IMG/VR virus record: IMGVR_UViG_3300037422_000119
Location: 1 to 43,842 of that record
Direction: 5' to 3' (one strand)
DNA length: 43,842 bases
From: a virus
Lineage: Duplodnaviria; Caudoviricetes
Positions 6,745 through 16,523 of this stretch are shown here, in pieces. A model generated the notes under the pieces. That model saw only the letters and a list, made by a program, of their open reading frames with translations, did no database searches and was not told where the DNA came from. Numbering within the stretch: the first letter of the stretch is position 1; each line of letters opens with the position of its first letter. The position numbers were made by a program, and so were the translations under genes.

Positions 6745-8224
6745 AATCCTCGACCCCGAGCCGCCGGGCGCTGGCGACCGGACATTCGAACCGAACTCGT
6801 GGGCGCAAGAGCGGTTCTTGATCAGCGAAACGCCAGACCTGCTTTATTCCGGGCACCTGGGCTCAAGCAAGACGCGTTCGCTGTGCGAGAAGGCCGACAT
6901 GCGGTGTTGGTCGTTTCCTAACGCGCGAGTCGCACTCGGTCGCCGCTATCGGAATCACTTGGGCAAGAGCGTGATCACCGAACTGCGCGAAAAAGTGATT
7001 AAAGACGGTCACTGGGCATGGGGATGGCGGCCGGCATCCGATGGCGGCTCGACCCTGCATTACCCGAACGGAAGTGAGTTGTGGATGGTCGGTTTCGACA
7101 ATCCACAACGTCTGCTATCGGCCGAGGTCGATATGGTCTTGGTCGAACAGTGCGAAGAACTGACCGAAGAAATGTGGGATGCGGCGGCGGGGCGGTTACG
7201 AAAAAAGACGACGCGCGAACTGCCGGACGGAATGATTGAAACGGCACCGTTTCAGATTGCCGGAGCCTGCAACCCCGATAGTCCGGCGCATTTCCTTTAT
7301 AGGCGCTTCCGTCCGCAAATCGGCTCGCATATCGAGTACTCGCACGACGATGAGAAGTTGCCGAACGGTGTCGTGGTTCCGCGCGGAACCCCAATGGCCG
7401 AAGTGTTGATTGCCGGCGTGCTCGACAACATGGAAAACCTGCCAGCCGCCTACATCGCGCGTCTTCAACGCTACAAGGGCCGCTATTATGAGCGCATGGT
7501 GCTCGGCAAGTGGATCATGTTCGAGGGCATGATCTATGACTGCTTTGACGCTGGCCTACACGTGCGCAAGCGGCCTAAGTCGTGGCTCGACTGGGGCGGC
7601 TATCCGCCGCCCGGATGGGATCGGGTTCGCTCGTTCGACTTCGGCTTTTATCCCGATCCATTCGTTTGCCAGCACTGGGCGCGGAGCCCGGCCGGCTCAT
7701 GGTGGTTGTATCGCGAGATTTATCACACGCGCAAGATTGCCGCCGAGCACGCCCGCCGCATCGCTGCCGAGGAACAGCTTGAACTAGCCACGCTCAACAG
7801 CATTCTGGAACGCAACGGAGCAGCGCCAATCAAGTATCTTCCGATCATCGGCTCTTACGGCGACCACGATAGCCAGGTTCGGCATACGATTGAGCAGGAA
7901 ACCGGGGGAGAGATCATCGTCCAGCGTGCGCACAAAGACATTGAATCCGGCATTCAGGCTTGCTACGAACTCCTGGCGCCGGTCGAAGGCCAGGATAAAG
8001 TCAAGCGATCGCGCCTGTACTTCGTCGATGACGCCCTGCTTGAAGTCGATCAGGATCGGGCCGACCACGGCTTACCGGTCCGCACAGTGGACGAGTTCGG
8101 AGCTTATCGCTACCACAAGCAGGACCCGACCAAGCCGACACGCGAGGGGCCGATGGACCTGCATAATCACGGCATGGATGCCATGCGCTACGCCTTCGCG
8201 ACGCTCAAAAAGCACGGCTATTGA
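6734..8224 (+). CDS. terL: Terminase large subunit
   Basis: Q motif (AQERF), Walker A SGHLGSSKT, YPNGSEL, GACNPDSPAHFLY, RNase H-like FDFGF and HGMDAMRY. Confidence 0.93.
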   Translation: MAVEILDPEPPGAGDRTFEPNSWAQERFLISETPDLLYSGHLGSSKTRSLCEKADMRCWSFPNARVALGRRYRNHLGKSVITELREKVIKDGHWAWGWRPASDGGSTLHYPNGSELWMVGFDNPQRLLSAEVDMVLVEQCEELTEEMWDAAAGRLRKKTTRELPDGMIETAPFQIAGACNPDSPAHFLYRRFRPQIGSHIEYSHDDEKLPNGVVVPRGTPMAEVLIAGVLDNMENLPAAYIARLQRYKGRYYERMVLGKWIMFEGMIYDCFDAGLHVRKRPKSWLDWGGYPPPGWDRVRSFDFGFYPDPFVCQHWARSPAGSWWLYREIYHTRKIAAEHARRIAAEEQLELATLNSILERNGAAPIKYLPIIGSYGDHDSQVRHTIEQETGGEIIVQRAHKDIESGIQACYELLAPVEGQDKVKRSRLYFVDDALLEVDQDRADHGLPVRTVDEFGAYRYHKQDPTKPTREGPMDLHNHGMDAMRYAFATLKKHGY

Positions 8225-8330
8225 AAAGCCCGCTTGCGCGACCTCTCCGGTTGTGCCTTACTTGAAACACCCGCCGCGCTCACAGACCTTCCCTGGGCGC
8301 GGTCATGACGACCAGACAAAGCGGGGGGCG

Positions 8331-8540
8331 TTGGATCGCCACGACGAATATCTTGCTGCGGGGTTCATCGAACTCACGGCCGGCATCTATGCTCGACAAA
8401 CGATGCAGGCGGTGGATTTGATCGTCGTCACGCCCGAGGGCGTAATGGGGGCCGGCACAACCGTTGAGCGCTGGCGTAGCGTCATTGACGACGCTCAATC
8501 AATCGAGGTCGAAGTCGAAGCCGTCGAGGGTTCGTCGTGA
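8331..8540 (+). CDS. Hypothetical protein
   Basis: TTG start after GGGGGG SD; GTGA overlap with portal; start uncertain. Confidence 0.5.
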   Translation: MDRHDEYLAAGFIELTAGIYARQTMQAVDLIVVTPEGVMGAGTTVERWRSVIDDAQSIEVEVEAVEGSS

Positions 8541-10657
8541 GCCTGTTCGGCGCATTGCGGGAGATCATTCGCGCCGAAGCGCAGGCGGTCCCGCCGTTCG
8601 TCGGTCAGAGCACTCAGTTTACGAATCGGCTCGACGAAGAATCGCTCAACTATCACCGCGCCTATGAACTCGTCGCCCCGGTTTACGGGGCGATTTCGCG
8701 TATTCAGGGCTCGATTGCCGAGTTTCCATTGGTGTTCCGCAACGCCGGCGGCACGATCATCGAACCCGCTCCGAACAACGTCGCCGGCCTGTTTGCATCG
8801 GCGAACGCCTTCCATACCGGCTACGACCTGCGCGAGCAAATAGTCGGTTCGATGCTGATCGGCGGCAACGCCTACGTATTTCTCGACTACCACGGCACAA
8901 AGAAACCGCTTGAGTTGTTTTGCATCCCGCCGCACATGGTCGTGCCCAAGAGCGAAGACGGGCGCGTGCCGACCCATTACATCGTCACGCTCGACGACGG
9001 CAAAGAAATGCTGGTCGAGGCGCAACAGATGATTCCGATCCCGATGTATACGCCCACTCACGGCTTGATCGGGATGTCTCCGATGCGCGTGGCGATGCTT
9101 GCGGCCTCGACCTATCGCGATTCCGGGCGCTGGTTGAGCAAGGTGTACAAAAGCGGCGGCTTGGTGAATGGCTACATGACGCACGAAGAAGCCATGATGC
9201 CGGCCGAACGCGAGCGCGTCGAGCATGACATGGTACGTCAGCGCATGAAGGGTTCGATGGTCATCATGCCGCGCAAGATGGATTGGAAGCGCACGGGCCT
9301 GACGGTAGATGAACTCAGGTTCGTTGAAACCGCGAAGCTGACCAAAGACGACATTTTTATGATCTACAAGGTGCCGCCCGTCGTCATGGGCACGAAGGAA
9401 GGTGGCGGCCTGTCCGATGCCGGTGCGACCACGGACATGTGGATGTACTATGAACTTTGCCTAAAGCCGATCACGCAAAAGATCGTGACCGCGATCCAGG
9501 AACGCTTCCTGAATGACCGCACGCACCAGTCCGAGTTCGGCGTCGGCATTACGGTCGAGTTTGATTTCTCAAACTCGGCCGTTTTGCAAGACTTATTTGC
9601 ACGTCGGGCCGAGAGATTGAAGAACGCCAGCGGTCGCCCGGTGATCACGCCCAACGAAGCGCGCGAAAGTCTGGGGCTCGATCCGACAGGCAACGCCGAC
9701 GATGACACGCTCTATATCCCGAAATCTCAATCGGTCGCCGAAGACGACGAGGAACGGGGGCGCTCAACAGGTACTGCGACACGGACGCCACGGGCGATGG
9801 CTCGGACGGACACGGAAGTTCGAAGTCAACCGGAGGCCCCCGCTTCTCGCGATGCCTTGCGCGCGCGCCAAGATGCCCGATTGATCGGGCAAGAACGCAC
9901 GATGCGACGCGGCGTGCGCCAGCTATTCGCGCAGCAAGAGCGGCGCGTGATTGCCAAGCTACGCGACCAACAGGCGCGATTGAACGGAAACCGGCGCTTC
10001 GCAGCGGTGATCGACATAGAGCAACTGCTTGAAGCTACCGACGCAGACAAGCGGCTGATTCGGCGCTTCATTCGGCAGGTCGTGCGCAATGCGGGCGAGC
10101 GCGAACTCCAAGAACTCGGCCTGCGCATCTCGTTCAACATCGGGGCCGAAGCCGTGCGACGCTGGCTTGACGACCGCGCGAATATCGCAATCGTTGGCAC
10201 CACACGCACGACGCGCGAACTCTTGCGAGAGTCTTTGGCCGAAGGCGTCAAGAACGGCGAGACCCACGCCGAACTCGTGGCCCGCGTGCGCGAAGTATTC
10301 CGCGAGCGTTATGCGAATCAAGGCGACACGATTGTGCGCACCGAAACGGTCAGCGCCTACAACTTTGGGGCCGAAGAAGCCTGGCACCAGAGCGGCGAGG
10401 TCGAGGCGAAGGAGTGGGTCACGGCCGGCGACGAACTCGTGCGCGAAGCGCATGCCGAAGCCGATGGCCAGGTGGTACCGCTCGACGATTTGTTCGAAGT
10501 CGATGGCGAAAGCCTTTCGCATCCGGGCGATCACACGCACGGCGCGAGCGCGGGAAATACGATCAACTGTAGATGCACGGCAGCGCCGGTGCTCAGCAAG
10601 GAAGCCGCGCGCCGGCGTCTGTCGATTTCACCCATCGCTGAACTGGTGTCGTCGTGA
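8537..10657 (+). CDS. HK97-family portal protein fused to MuF (SPP1 gp7-like) head-morphogenesis domain
   Basis: Portal motifs (GGNAY, GMSPM, IYKVPP, ITPNEARESLGL); C-terminal IVRTET...KEWVTAGDELVREAH...HPGD...INCRCT MuF signature. Confidence 0.9.
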   Translation: MSLFGALREIIRAEAQAVPPFVGQSTQFTNRLDEESLNYHRAYELVAPVYGAISRIQGSIAEFPLVFRNAGGTIIEPAPNNVAGLFASANAFHTGYDLREQIVGSMLIGGNAYVFLDYHGTKKPLELFCIPPHMVVPKSEDGRVPTHYIVTLDDGKEMLVEAQQMIPIPMYTPTHGLIGMSPMRVAMLAASTYRDSGRWLSKVYKSGGLVNGYMTHEEAMMPAERERVEHDMVRQRMKGSMVIMPRKMDWKRTGLTVDELRFVETAKLTKDDIFMIYKVPPVVMGTKEGGGLSDAGATTDMWMYYELCLKPITQKIVTAIQERFLNDRTHQSEFGVGITVEFDFSNSAVLQDLFARRAERLKNASGRPVITPNEARESLGLDPTGNADDDTLYIPKSQSVAEDDEERGRSTGTATRTPRAMARTDTEVRSQPEAPASRDALRARQDARLIGQERTMRRGVRQLFAQQERRVIAKLRDQQARLNGNRRFAAVIDIEQLLEATDADKRLIRRFIRQVVRNAGERELQELGLRISFNIGAEAVRRWLDDRANIAIVGTTRTTRELLRESLAEGVKNGETHAELVARVREVFRERYANQGDTIVRTETVSAYNFGAEEAWHQSGEVEAKEWVTAGDELVREAHAEADGQVVPLDDLFEVDGESLSHPGDHTHGASAGNTINCRCTAAPVLSKEAARRRLSISPIAELVSS

Positions 10658-10839
10658 CCGAACCCCTGACGATATACTTGATCAAGCTGGCCAATGGCGG
10701 CGAGTTGCACGTTCAGCGCGTAGACGGTGAAGCAATCCGCATCACGTTCGAAAAGGGGCCGCGCCGCGCCGATTGCTGCCCGACGCGCGACGAAGCCAAA
10801 GAACTCATCGACGCATTGCGTGCGGTGTTCGAGCTATGA
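10654..10839 (+). CDS. Small hypothetical protein
   Basis: GTGA/ATGA coupled between portal and next gene. Confidence 0.55.
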   Translation: MTEPLTIYLIKLANGGELHVQRVDGEAIRITFEKGPRRADCCPTRDEAKELIDALRAVFEL

Positions 10840-11012
10840 TAACCGCGCCGCAGATCGTCAAGTGTCGCAAGTGCGGCCTGCGCGCCGTTTACAACGTCGC
10901 CATGCACGAGTATTGGTGCGTGACGTGCCTGCGTCCGGTGCCGGTGTCACCGACCATCATTCAAGCACGGAAAGGGACTTCCGATGATCCAACACCCGCC
11001 AGCAATCGTTGA
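10836..11012 (+). CDS. Small Zn-ribbon protein
   Basis: CRKC...WCVTC; ATGA overlap. Confidence 0.55.
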   Translation: MITAPQIVKCRKCGLRAVYNVAMHEYWCVTCLRPVPVSPTIIQARKGTSDDPTPASNR

Positions 11013-12003
11013 AGGCTCGGCGCAACTCATTCGATTTACGCCCGAGTCCGAGGCGGCCGCGCGACGCACATACATCGACGACATCCGGCGCTATGCCAAG
11101 ATCGATTTGGCTCCGGAGGACGTGAACATCAGGGGCGCTCGCGTTGCCAATACGCAAACCACGGCATTTTTCGGCGCGTTCACGCCCGAAGGGCTCAAGC
11201 AAGTTGCGCCACTGTTGATCGGCAAGCCGCTTATGATCGGCCACGATTACGGTTCAGCACCGATCGGGCGCTTCTTCGCAGCCAAGACGGTGTTCATGCA
11301 GCCAACTCCCAAGACGCCGCGAAAAGAATCCTATTGGGTCGAAGCATTGTTCTACACGATCAAGGGCGATCCGGAAGGCGATGCGATCGTGCGTCGCGTG
11401 GACTATGGCGTGTGGACCGAACTGTCTCTTGGTTGGTCCGTCACGGGATTGCCGTGCCGTTTGTGTGGCGCTGACGTGCGCGGCATTGGCGATCAGTTCT
11501 GCCCACACATGCCCGGTGAAGTTTACGAGGGCGGCATGTGCATCTTCGACTTCGATGGCGTGACCGAAGTCCACGAAGCGTCGGTGGTGTTTGCCGGCGC
11601 TGCGAAGGGAACTCACTTTTTTACGTCATCGCAGAGTCGGATTGCGGCGGCAGCGGGCGCAGGGATCGCGACCCCAAATGCCATCCACAAGGATGCCCCC
11701 GGCATCCACGCACTACTCGGAGCAAAGGGTCAGAAGAATCCGAACCGCCCGCTGCGCCGCCGCGTTGCTGCCGTGCTCGCATCGAAAGACCGATTCGACA
11801 CGATCGAAGAAGCTAGCGACTGGGTGCGCTGGCATCAGTTCAGGACCGACAACGCCGAAACCGAAGGCGGCGCGTTCCGGTTCCATCAGTTCAAGCCGCC
11901 GACCACGAAGCCGCTGACGATCAAACTGGGCGAAGGTGTCAACGCCGTCGTTCATGAAATGGAGGAAGCCGAGGCGACCGCTTCAATCGACTCGCTCCTG
12001 TAA
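10984..12003 (+). CDS. Prohead maturation protease with C-terminal extra domain
   Basis: GKPLMIGHD...PIGR, ELSLGW, CRLCG...CPHMPGEVY, HEASVV; sits between portal and capsid. Confidence 0.75.
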   Translation: MIQHPPAIVEGSAQLIRFTPESEAAARRTYIDDIRRYAKIDLAPEDVNIRGARVANTQTTAFFGAFTPEGLKQVAPLLIGKPLMIGHDYGSAPIGRFFAAKTVFMQPTPKTPRKESYWVEALFYTIKGDPEGDAIVRRVDYGVWTELSLGWSVTGLPCRLCGADVRGIGDQFCPHMPGEVYEGGMCIFDFDGVTEVHEASVVFAGAAKGTHFFTSSQSRIAAAAGAGIATPNAIHKDAPGIHALLGAKGQKNPNRPLRRRVAAVLASKDRFDTIEEASDWVRWHQFRTDNAETEGGAFRFHQFKPPTTKPLTIKLGEGVNAVVHEMEEAEATASIDSLL

Positions 12004-12052
12004 CCGTCCCGCAAAGGATTCGCGGGCGAACACTAACACGGAGGTTGCTACA

Positions 12053-13654
12053 ATGCCGAAGCTCAAGCTAGGCAATCAGGAAGTGCCGAAGGAGTTCACG
12101 AAAGAAAACCTTTACGAAACCGTCGCCGGACTTGCTGCGCGAGTCAAAGAACTTCAGGACCATGCCGAGAATACCGGCACCGAAATCTCGAAGGACGACC
12201 TGGCCACGATCAAGGCCGCTGTCGATGGCCTAGCGGGCGATATTGGCAACATGAAACCGCAGGTCGAGGCGATCACGCGTACTGCCAGCAAGGGCGACGT
12301 GGACGGCCTGGGCGTTTTGCGCTGCGATCAAAAAGCGCCGGAAGGCTTGAGCCAACTGCATTTCAATCTGCTCACCAAGACACCGCACGAACTGTCGCAT
12401 CACGGCGCAGTCCTGGCCGAAGCGGGGATCAAGAACGGCCTTGAGGATGTCGGAATGTCGAAGCGCTGGCAGTCGAAGCTGCGCGAGTTCCAGGCATTGT
12501 CCGACCAGCTTTATATCCTCGACGTGATGTTGAGTGCGCGTGATCCCGAATATGCCGAGCGGTCCGAAAGCCGAACCAAGCGCATCCAGTCGCTCAAGAG
12601 TTACAAGGACTATGATCGACTGGTGAAGGAGTTCAAGGCTGCGGCCGGAACCGCACTTGACACGGCGACCGCCGATCAAGGTCTGGAATGGGTTCCGACG
12701 ATGTTCTCGTCGCAACTGCGCGAGCAGATTCAGGCGCAAGATGTGGTCGGCAGCCTGTTCGACACAATCCCGATGCCGAGCGGTACTTACGTCAATCCGG
12801 TTATGGGCGCGGACATGATCGCCTACAAGCAGCCGGAGGCATTGGAGGAAACCGGTACCGACAAGCCGTTGGCCAAAACGTTCATCACGCAGAAGATGAC
12901 ACTGGTGGCGAAGAAGCTTGGCGCGCGCATCTTGTCCTCGAATGAGTTCACCGAGGATTCAATCGTGCCCGTTGTTCCGCGCATCATCGCGCAAATCGGC
13001 AAGGCACTGGCTCGCGGTCGCGCCACGGCGATTATCAACGGCGACACGACGGCGACGCACATGGACTACGACACCACGGGCACGACCGATGCGCGCAAGA
13101 CCTGGAAGGGCTTGCGCTATTACGCGCTCAACGGTCCGTCGGCAGCGGCAGTCGATGGCGGCGGCGCGGCGCTCGTGTTCCGCACGTCGATCGGCGCAAT
13201 GCGCAAAGGAATGAAGGTGTACGGCATTCCCGGTCGCACGGTGCTGATTTGCGGCTTTTCGTCTTACGTCGAACTCATGTTGGCAAAGGACGACAACAAC
13301 AACAACTTGTTGTTGACCGTGGACAAGTATGGTCCCGGTGCGGCCGTAATCCCTGGCGAAGTCGGACGCGTGCTCGGCATGCCGGTGCTTATCTCGGAGT
13401 TCATGCGCGAAGACCTGGCGTCTACCGGCGTCAACACGATGGCTGGACCGAACACGCGGGGCGCAATCATCGCAGTTCATCGTGATGGTTACGTTCTCGG
13501 AGAACGGCGTGCGGCCACCATCACGCGACTCAATGAACTATATGCCGAAACGGATCAAATCGGATTTGTTGGCTTCTGGCGCGGCGACTTCCAGCCGGTC
13601 TACCCGACGGCGACGGAGCCGGCAGTCGGAATCATTCGCAACGTGCTCGCCTAA
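12053..13654 (+). CDS. Major capsid protein (HK97 fold) with long N-terminal scaffold/delta region
   Basis: GGAGG SD; WVPTMFS, LVAKKLGA...SNEFTEDS, AIINGD, GRVLGMPV, DQIGFVGFWRGD. Confidence 0.92.
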   Translation: MPKLKLGNQEVPKEFTKENLYETVAGLAARVKELQDHAENTGTEISKDDLATIKAAVDGLAGDIGNMKPQVEAITRTASKGDVDGLGVLRCDQKAPEGLSQLHFNLLTKTPHELSHHGAVLAEAGIKNGLEDVGMSKRWQSKLREFQALSDQLYILDVMLSARDPEYAERSESRTKRIQSLKSYKDYDRLVKEFKAAAGTALDTATADQGLEWVPTMFSSQLREQIQAQDVVGSLFDTIPMPSGTYVNPVMGADMIAYKQPEALEETGTDKPLAKTFITQKMTLVAKKLGARILSSNEFTEDSIVPVVPRIIAQIGKALARGRATAIINGDTTATHMDYDTTGTTDARKTWKGLRYYALNGPSAAAVDGGGAALVFRTSIGAMRKGMKVYGIPGRTVLICGFSSYVELMLAKDDNNNNLLLTVDKYGPGAAVIPGEVGRVLGMPVLISEFMREDLASTGVNTMAGPNTRGAIIAVHRDGYVLGERRAATITRLNELYAETDQIGFVGFWRGDFQPVYPTATEPAVGIIRNVLA

Positions 13655-13670
13655 TCCATCCCGTGGGCAA

Positions 13671-13700
13671 GGGGGTCGGCTTACTCCCCGGCCGATCCCC
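13671..13700 (+). other. Stem-loop after capsid gene (mRNA stabiliser or partial terminator)
   Basis: GGGGGTCGGC/GCCGATCCCC 10-bp stem, no adjacent U tract. Confidence 0.5.
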
Positions 13701-13720
13701 GGTCCTGGGGTTTCGACGCA

Positions 13721-14311
13721 ATGCTTGTTGACAAAACGATACTGCCAACGGCCCTCGTTTCGGTCGAGTCTGCACGCGATTATTTGCGTCTAGAAGATAT
13801 CGACCAAGACCCGGTGCTAACGCAACTGATCAACGGAGTGACGATCGCAATCGAACGCGCATGCGCTCGCCCGCTTCGATCGCGCACGATAACTCAAGTA
13901 TTGAGTGGCCATGGGTCGAACTACATCTTGCTCGACATCTGGCCGGCCACGGCATTGACCAGCGTCAAGTCTCGCGCTATCGACGACACGCTTACCGACA
14001 TTGACAAGACCGGGTGGCGCGTTACGCAGGCGGGCATGCTGTATCTGCCGATCGGTTACATGCCGAGCGGCGTCGCCAACATCGAGATCGCGGGCGAGTT
14101 CGGCTACAAAGCGGCCACGCATGACGCAGAGCTTGCTGCGCTTGAACTTGCCGCATTGGTTTGGCTGCAAGTTCAGTGGCATACGTTCACGAATCAAATC
14201 GGCCGTCAGGGCAGCACGACGGTCGGGGCCGGCGTCCTTGAGTTCGAGTCGGACAAGATGCCCGCGAGCACGGCCATGATTGTCGAGCAGTTTCGGAGAC
14301 GCGACTCGTGA
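13721..14311 (+). CDS. Head-tail connector/adaptor (gp6-like)
   Basis: LVSVESARDYLRL...DPVLTQLI...IERAC; NIEIAGEFGY; position after capsid. Confidence 0.8.
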   Translation: MLVDKTILPTALVSVESARDYLRLEDIDQDPVLTQLINGVTIAIERACARPLRSRTITQVLSGHGSNYILLDIWPATALTSVKSRAIDDTLTDIDKTGWRVTQAGMLYLPIGYMPSGVANIEIAGEFGYKAATHDAELAALELAALVWLQVQWHTFTNQIGRQGSTTVGAGVLEFESDKMPASTAMIVEQFRRRDS

Positions 14312-14871
14312 TTACCATCAAGACGACTCGGATTCCCGAGCCGCGCGCACTGCACGTCGCGATCGGACGAGCCTCCGAGCGCAGCATGCGCTTGATCGAG
14401 CGCGACCTAAAGACCGTGGCGTTACGTGGCACGCGCGTTCCGGCCGGATTGTTTCGAGGCGGCGGCTCGGGCAATACGCTGGCCGTCGATACCGGCGCAT
14501 TACGAGCGAGCATCGTAGCGCGTACGTTCCGCGTTGATAACCGCTACGTTTCGGTCATTGGCTCCGATCTTGTCTATGCGGCCGTGCATGAGTATGGCGC
14601 GACGATTCGCGGCCGCCCGTATCTTAGAATCCCGACGGTCTACGCGAAGCCTTATGGAAACCTCCCGTCTTTCGTCCAGCGCAGCCGTCGCGGCAACTTG
14701 TTTGTGTTCGCGTCGGTCGGCAAGCGCGGCAAGATCGTGCCGACCTATATGCTCGTTCCTTCCGTCACGCTGCGCGCGCGGCATATGTTCCGGCACTCGT
14801 GGGAGCGCAATCAGGGCGCGGTGCGCAGTGAGTTTGCGTCGGTCTTGGCGCGCTTCAGGACGGTTCAATGA
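14308..14871 (+). CDS. Neck / virion morphogenesis protein (HK97 gp10 or Mu gpG-like)
   Basis: VDTGALRASI...GSDLVYAAVHEYG motif; Arg-rich. Confidence 0.8.
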   Translation: MITIKTTRIPEPRALHVAIGRASERSMRLIERDLKTVALRGTRVPAGLFRGGGSGNTLAVDTGALRASIVARTFRVDNRYVSVIGSDLVYAAVHEYGATIRGRPYLRIPTVYAKPYGNLPSFVQRSRRGNLFVFASVGKRGKIVPTYMLVPSVTLRARHMFRHSWERNQGAVRSEFASVLARFRTVQ

Positions 14872-15341
14872 ATGATTGCATGATGAATCAGGTTGCCGAC
14901 GCGCTGGCCGAAACCTTGCGCGCGATTGATTCCGTGGGCGAGGCCGACAAATGGCACACGTCACCAACGGTCAAGCGCGGATTTCTGGTGCCCGATCTCA
15001 TGCGCGACATGCCGCTACTCGTTGTCGAGGTCGCGCGTTATGAGCAAGAGCCGCGCACGGCGCAACAGCATCACGCTTCGGTCGTCTTGATCGTTCATTG
15101 TGTCGCTCAAGCGCAGGCACGCGACGCCGAGGCCGAACTGAATCGCATGGCGAGCGATGTCATAAATGCGATTGCAGGCAACGAAAAGCTGCAAGTCGCC
15201 GGCGGAGCCGAAAGCGGTTTGGTGCTTGACATTCAAGTGCTGTCATATTCTCCCGATGTTGAGGCGATGGAGCGCTACAGCGTCGGGGTCGGGCAGGTCA
15301 TTTGTAAGGCTGACTTTTACTGGAACCACGGAAGCGCCTAG
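14868..15341 (+). CDS. Tail terminator/completion protein
   Basis: Size, fold pattern and position immediately before tail tube gene. Confidence 0.65.
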   Translation: MNDCMMNQVADALAETLRAIDSVGEADKWHTSPTVKRGFLVPDLMRDMPLLVVEVARYEQEPRTAQQHHASVVLIVHCVAQAQARDAEAELNRMASDVINAIAGNEKLQVAGGAESGLVLDIQVLSYSPDVEAMERYSVGVGQVICKADFYWNHGSA

Positions 15342-15362
15342 AGCGCCAAGGAGGGCACAGCA

Positions 15363-16343
15363 ATGGGAATCCCGGGCAAAGGCCATCTATCTTATTTGCA
15401 GTTTGCCGAAGAAAGCAGCTATGGCACTGCGGTGGCTTCGACGCACAAAATCGAGGTCATCAACATGGACATTGGGCCGTTCGTCGGCGTTGTACGCGAT
15501 CCGTCGCTATATGACGGCGTTTCGCGGCGCGGCATCTTCCAAGGCGGCACCGGATTTCGTGGCCGATTCACCACTCGTATGAACTACGAAGGCATGGGCG
15601 TCTTGCTCAAAGCCACGCTTGGTGGCACGCCGACCGTCAGTGGATCGAATCCGTACACGCACACCTTCAAAGAAGGCTCTACGCCGCCATCGCTGACCCT
15701 GCAATGCATCGAGGGCAACGTCCCGGCTGGCGGCTATTTCCGCGTCGATGGCGCCTACATTACCGCAATGACATTGCGCGGCTCGGCAGGCCAGGGCGAG
15801 GACTCGATGGTTCAAGCCGAGTTCGAGGTGGTCGCCAAATCCAAGGTATCAGTGGCAAGCGCTCCGGCATCCGTCGCAAACTTCCCGGCGCTTGAGCCGC
15901 TTCTGTTCCATCAAACGACCACCGTTGATACCGGCACGAACGACTCGGCCGCGGACGTTCGTTTGCGCTCGTTCGAGCTTTCCTATCGAAACTCGTATGA
16001 CCTGGAACGTTTCTACTTCGGATCGACGACGGTCGATCAGCCGATTCGAAACGGATTCGTCGAGTGTCGGTGGCGGATCACGCAGGAGTTCCAGACGAAA
16101 AGCCAGTTCGACAATGCGGTGGCATTCGCCACCGAACGACTCGACCTGGTGTTTACCAGCGGCACCAAGAGCTTCCGCGCATCTTCTGGCTCGGCGGTCA
16201 TCACGGAATATGCGAACCCGATTGAAGGCTATGGCATCATTATGGCCAACTCGACTTGGGAAGCATACCGAAATGCCAGCGACGGAACGTCGCTGATTAT
16301 CGTGAACGTGAACTCGAAGCCAGCCTACAACACCGCCAACTAA
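15363..16343 (+). CDS. Major tail tube protein
   Basis: AGGAGG SD; AEESSYGT, YTHTF...PSLTL motifs. Confidence 0.85.
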   Translation: MGIPGKGHLSYLQFAEESSYGTAVASTHKIEVINMDIGPFVGVVRDPSLYDGVSRRGIFQGGTGFRGRFTTRMNYEGMGVLLKATLGGTPTVSGSNPYTHTFKEGSTPPSLTLQCIEGNVPAGGYFRVDGAYITAMTLRGSAGQGEDSMVQAEFEVVAKSKVSVASAPASVANFPALEPLLFHQTTTVDTGTNDSAADVRLRSFELSYRNSYDLERFYFGSTTVDQPIRNGFVECRWRITQEFQTKSQFDNAVAFATERLDLVFTSGTKSFRASSGSAVITEYANPIEGYGIIMANSTWEAYRNASDGTSLIIVNVNSKPAYNTAN

Positions 16344-16358
16344 GGGGGGGCGAAGTAA

Positions 16359-16523
16359 ATGGAACCCGTAACGGCAGAATGCGAGCACTGCGGGGAAACG
16401 CTGTACCCCGACGCTGCACAGCAAGCCGGTCGCTCGGCCATGCTGTGCGGCGCATGTAACAAGCACACCACGCTCAAACCTGTGGGGGTACCAGATGGAC
16501 TTGAAGCCGACTCCAGCGAATGA
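16359..16523 (+). CDS. Small Zn-ribbon protein (54 aa, not in supplied track)
   Basis: GGGGGGG SD; MEPVTAECEHCGETLYPDAAQQAGRSAMLCGACNKHTTLKPV... Confidence 0.55.
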   Translation: MEPVTAECEHCGETLYPDAAQQAGRSAMLCGACNKHTTLKPVGVPDGLEADSSE

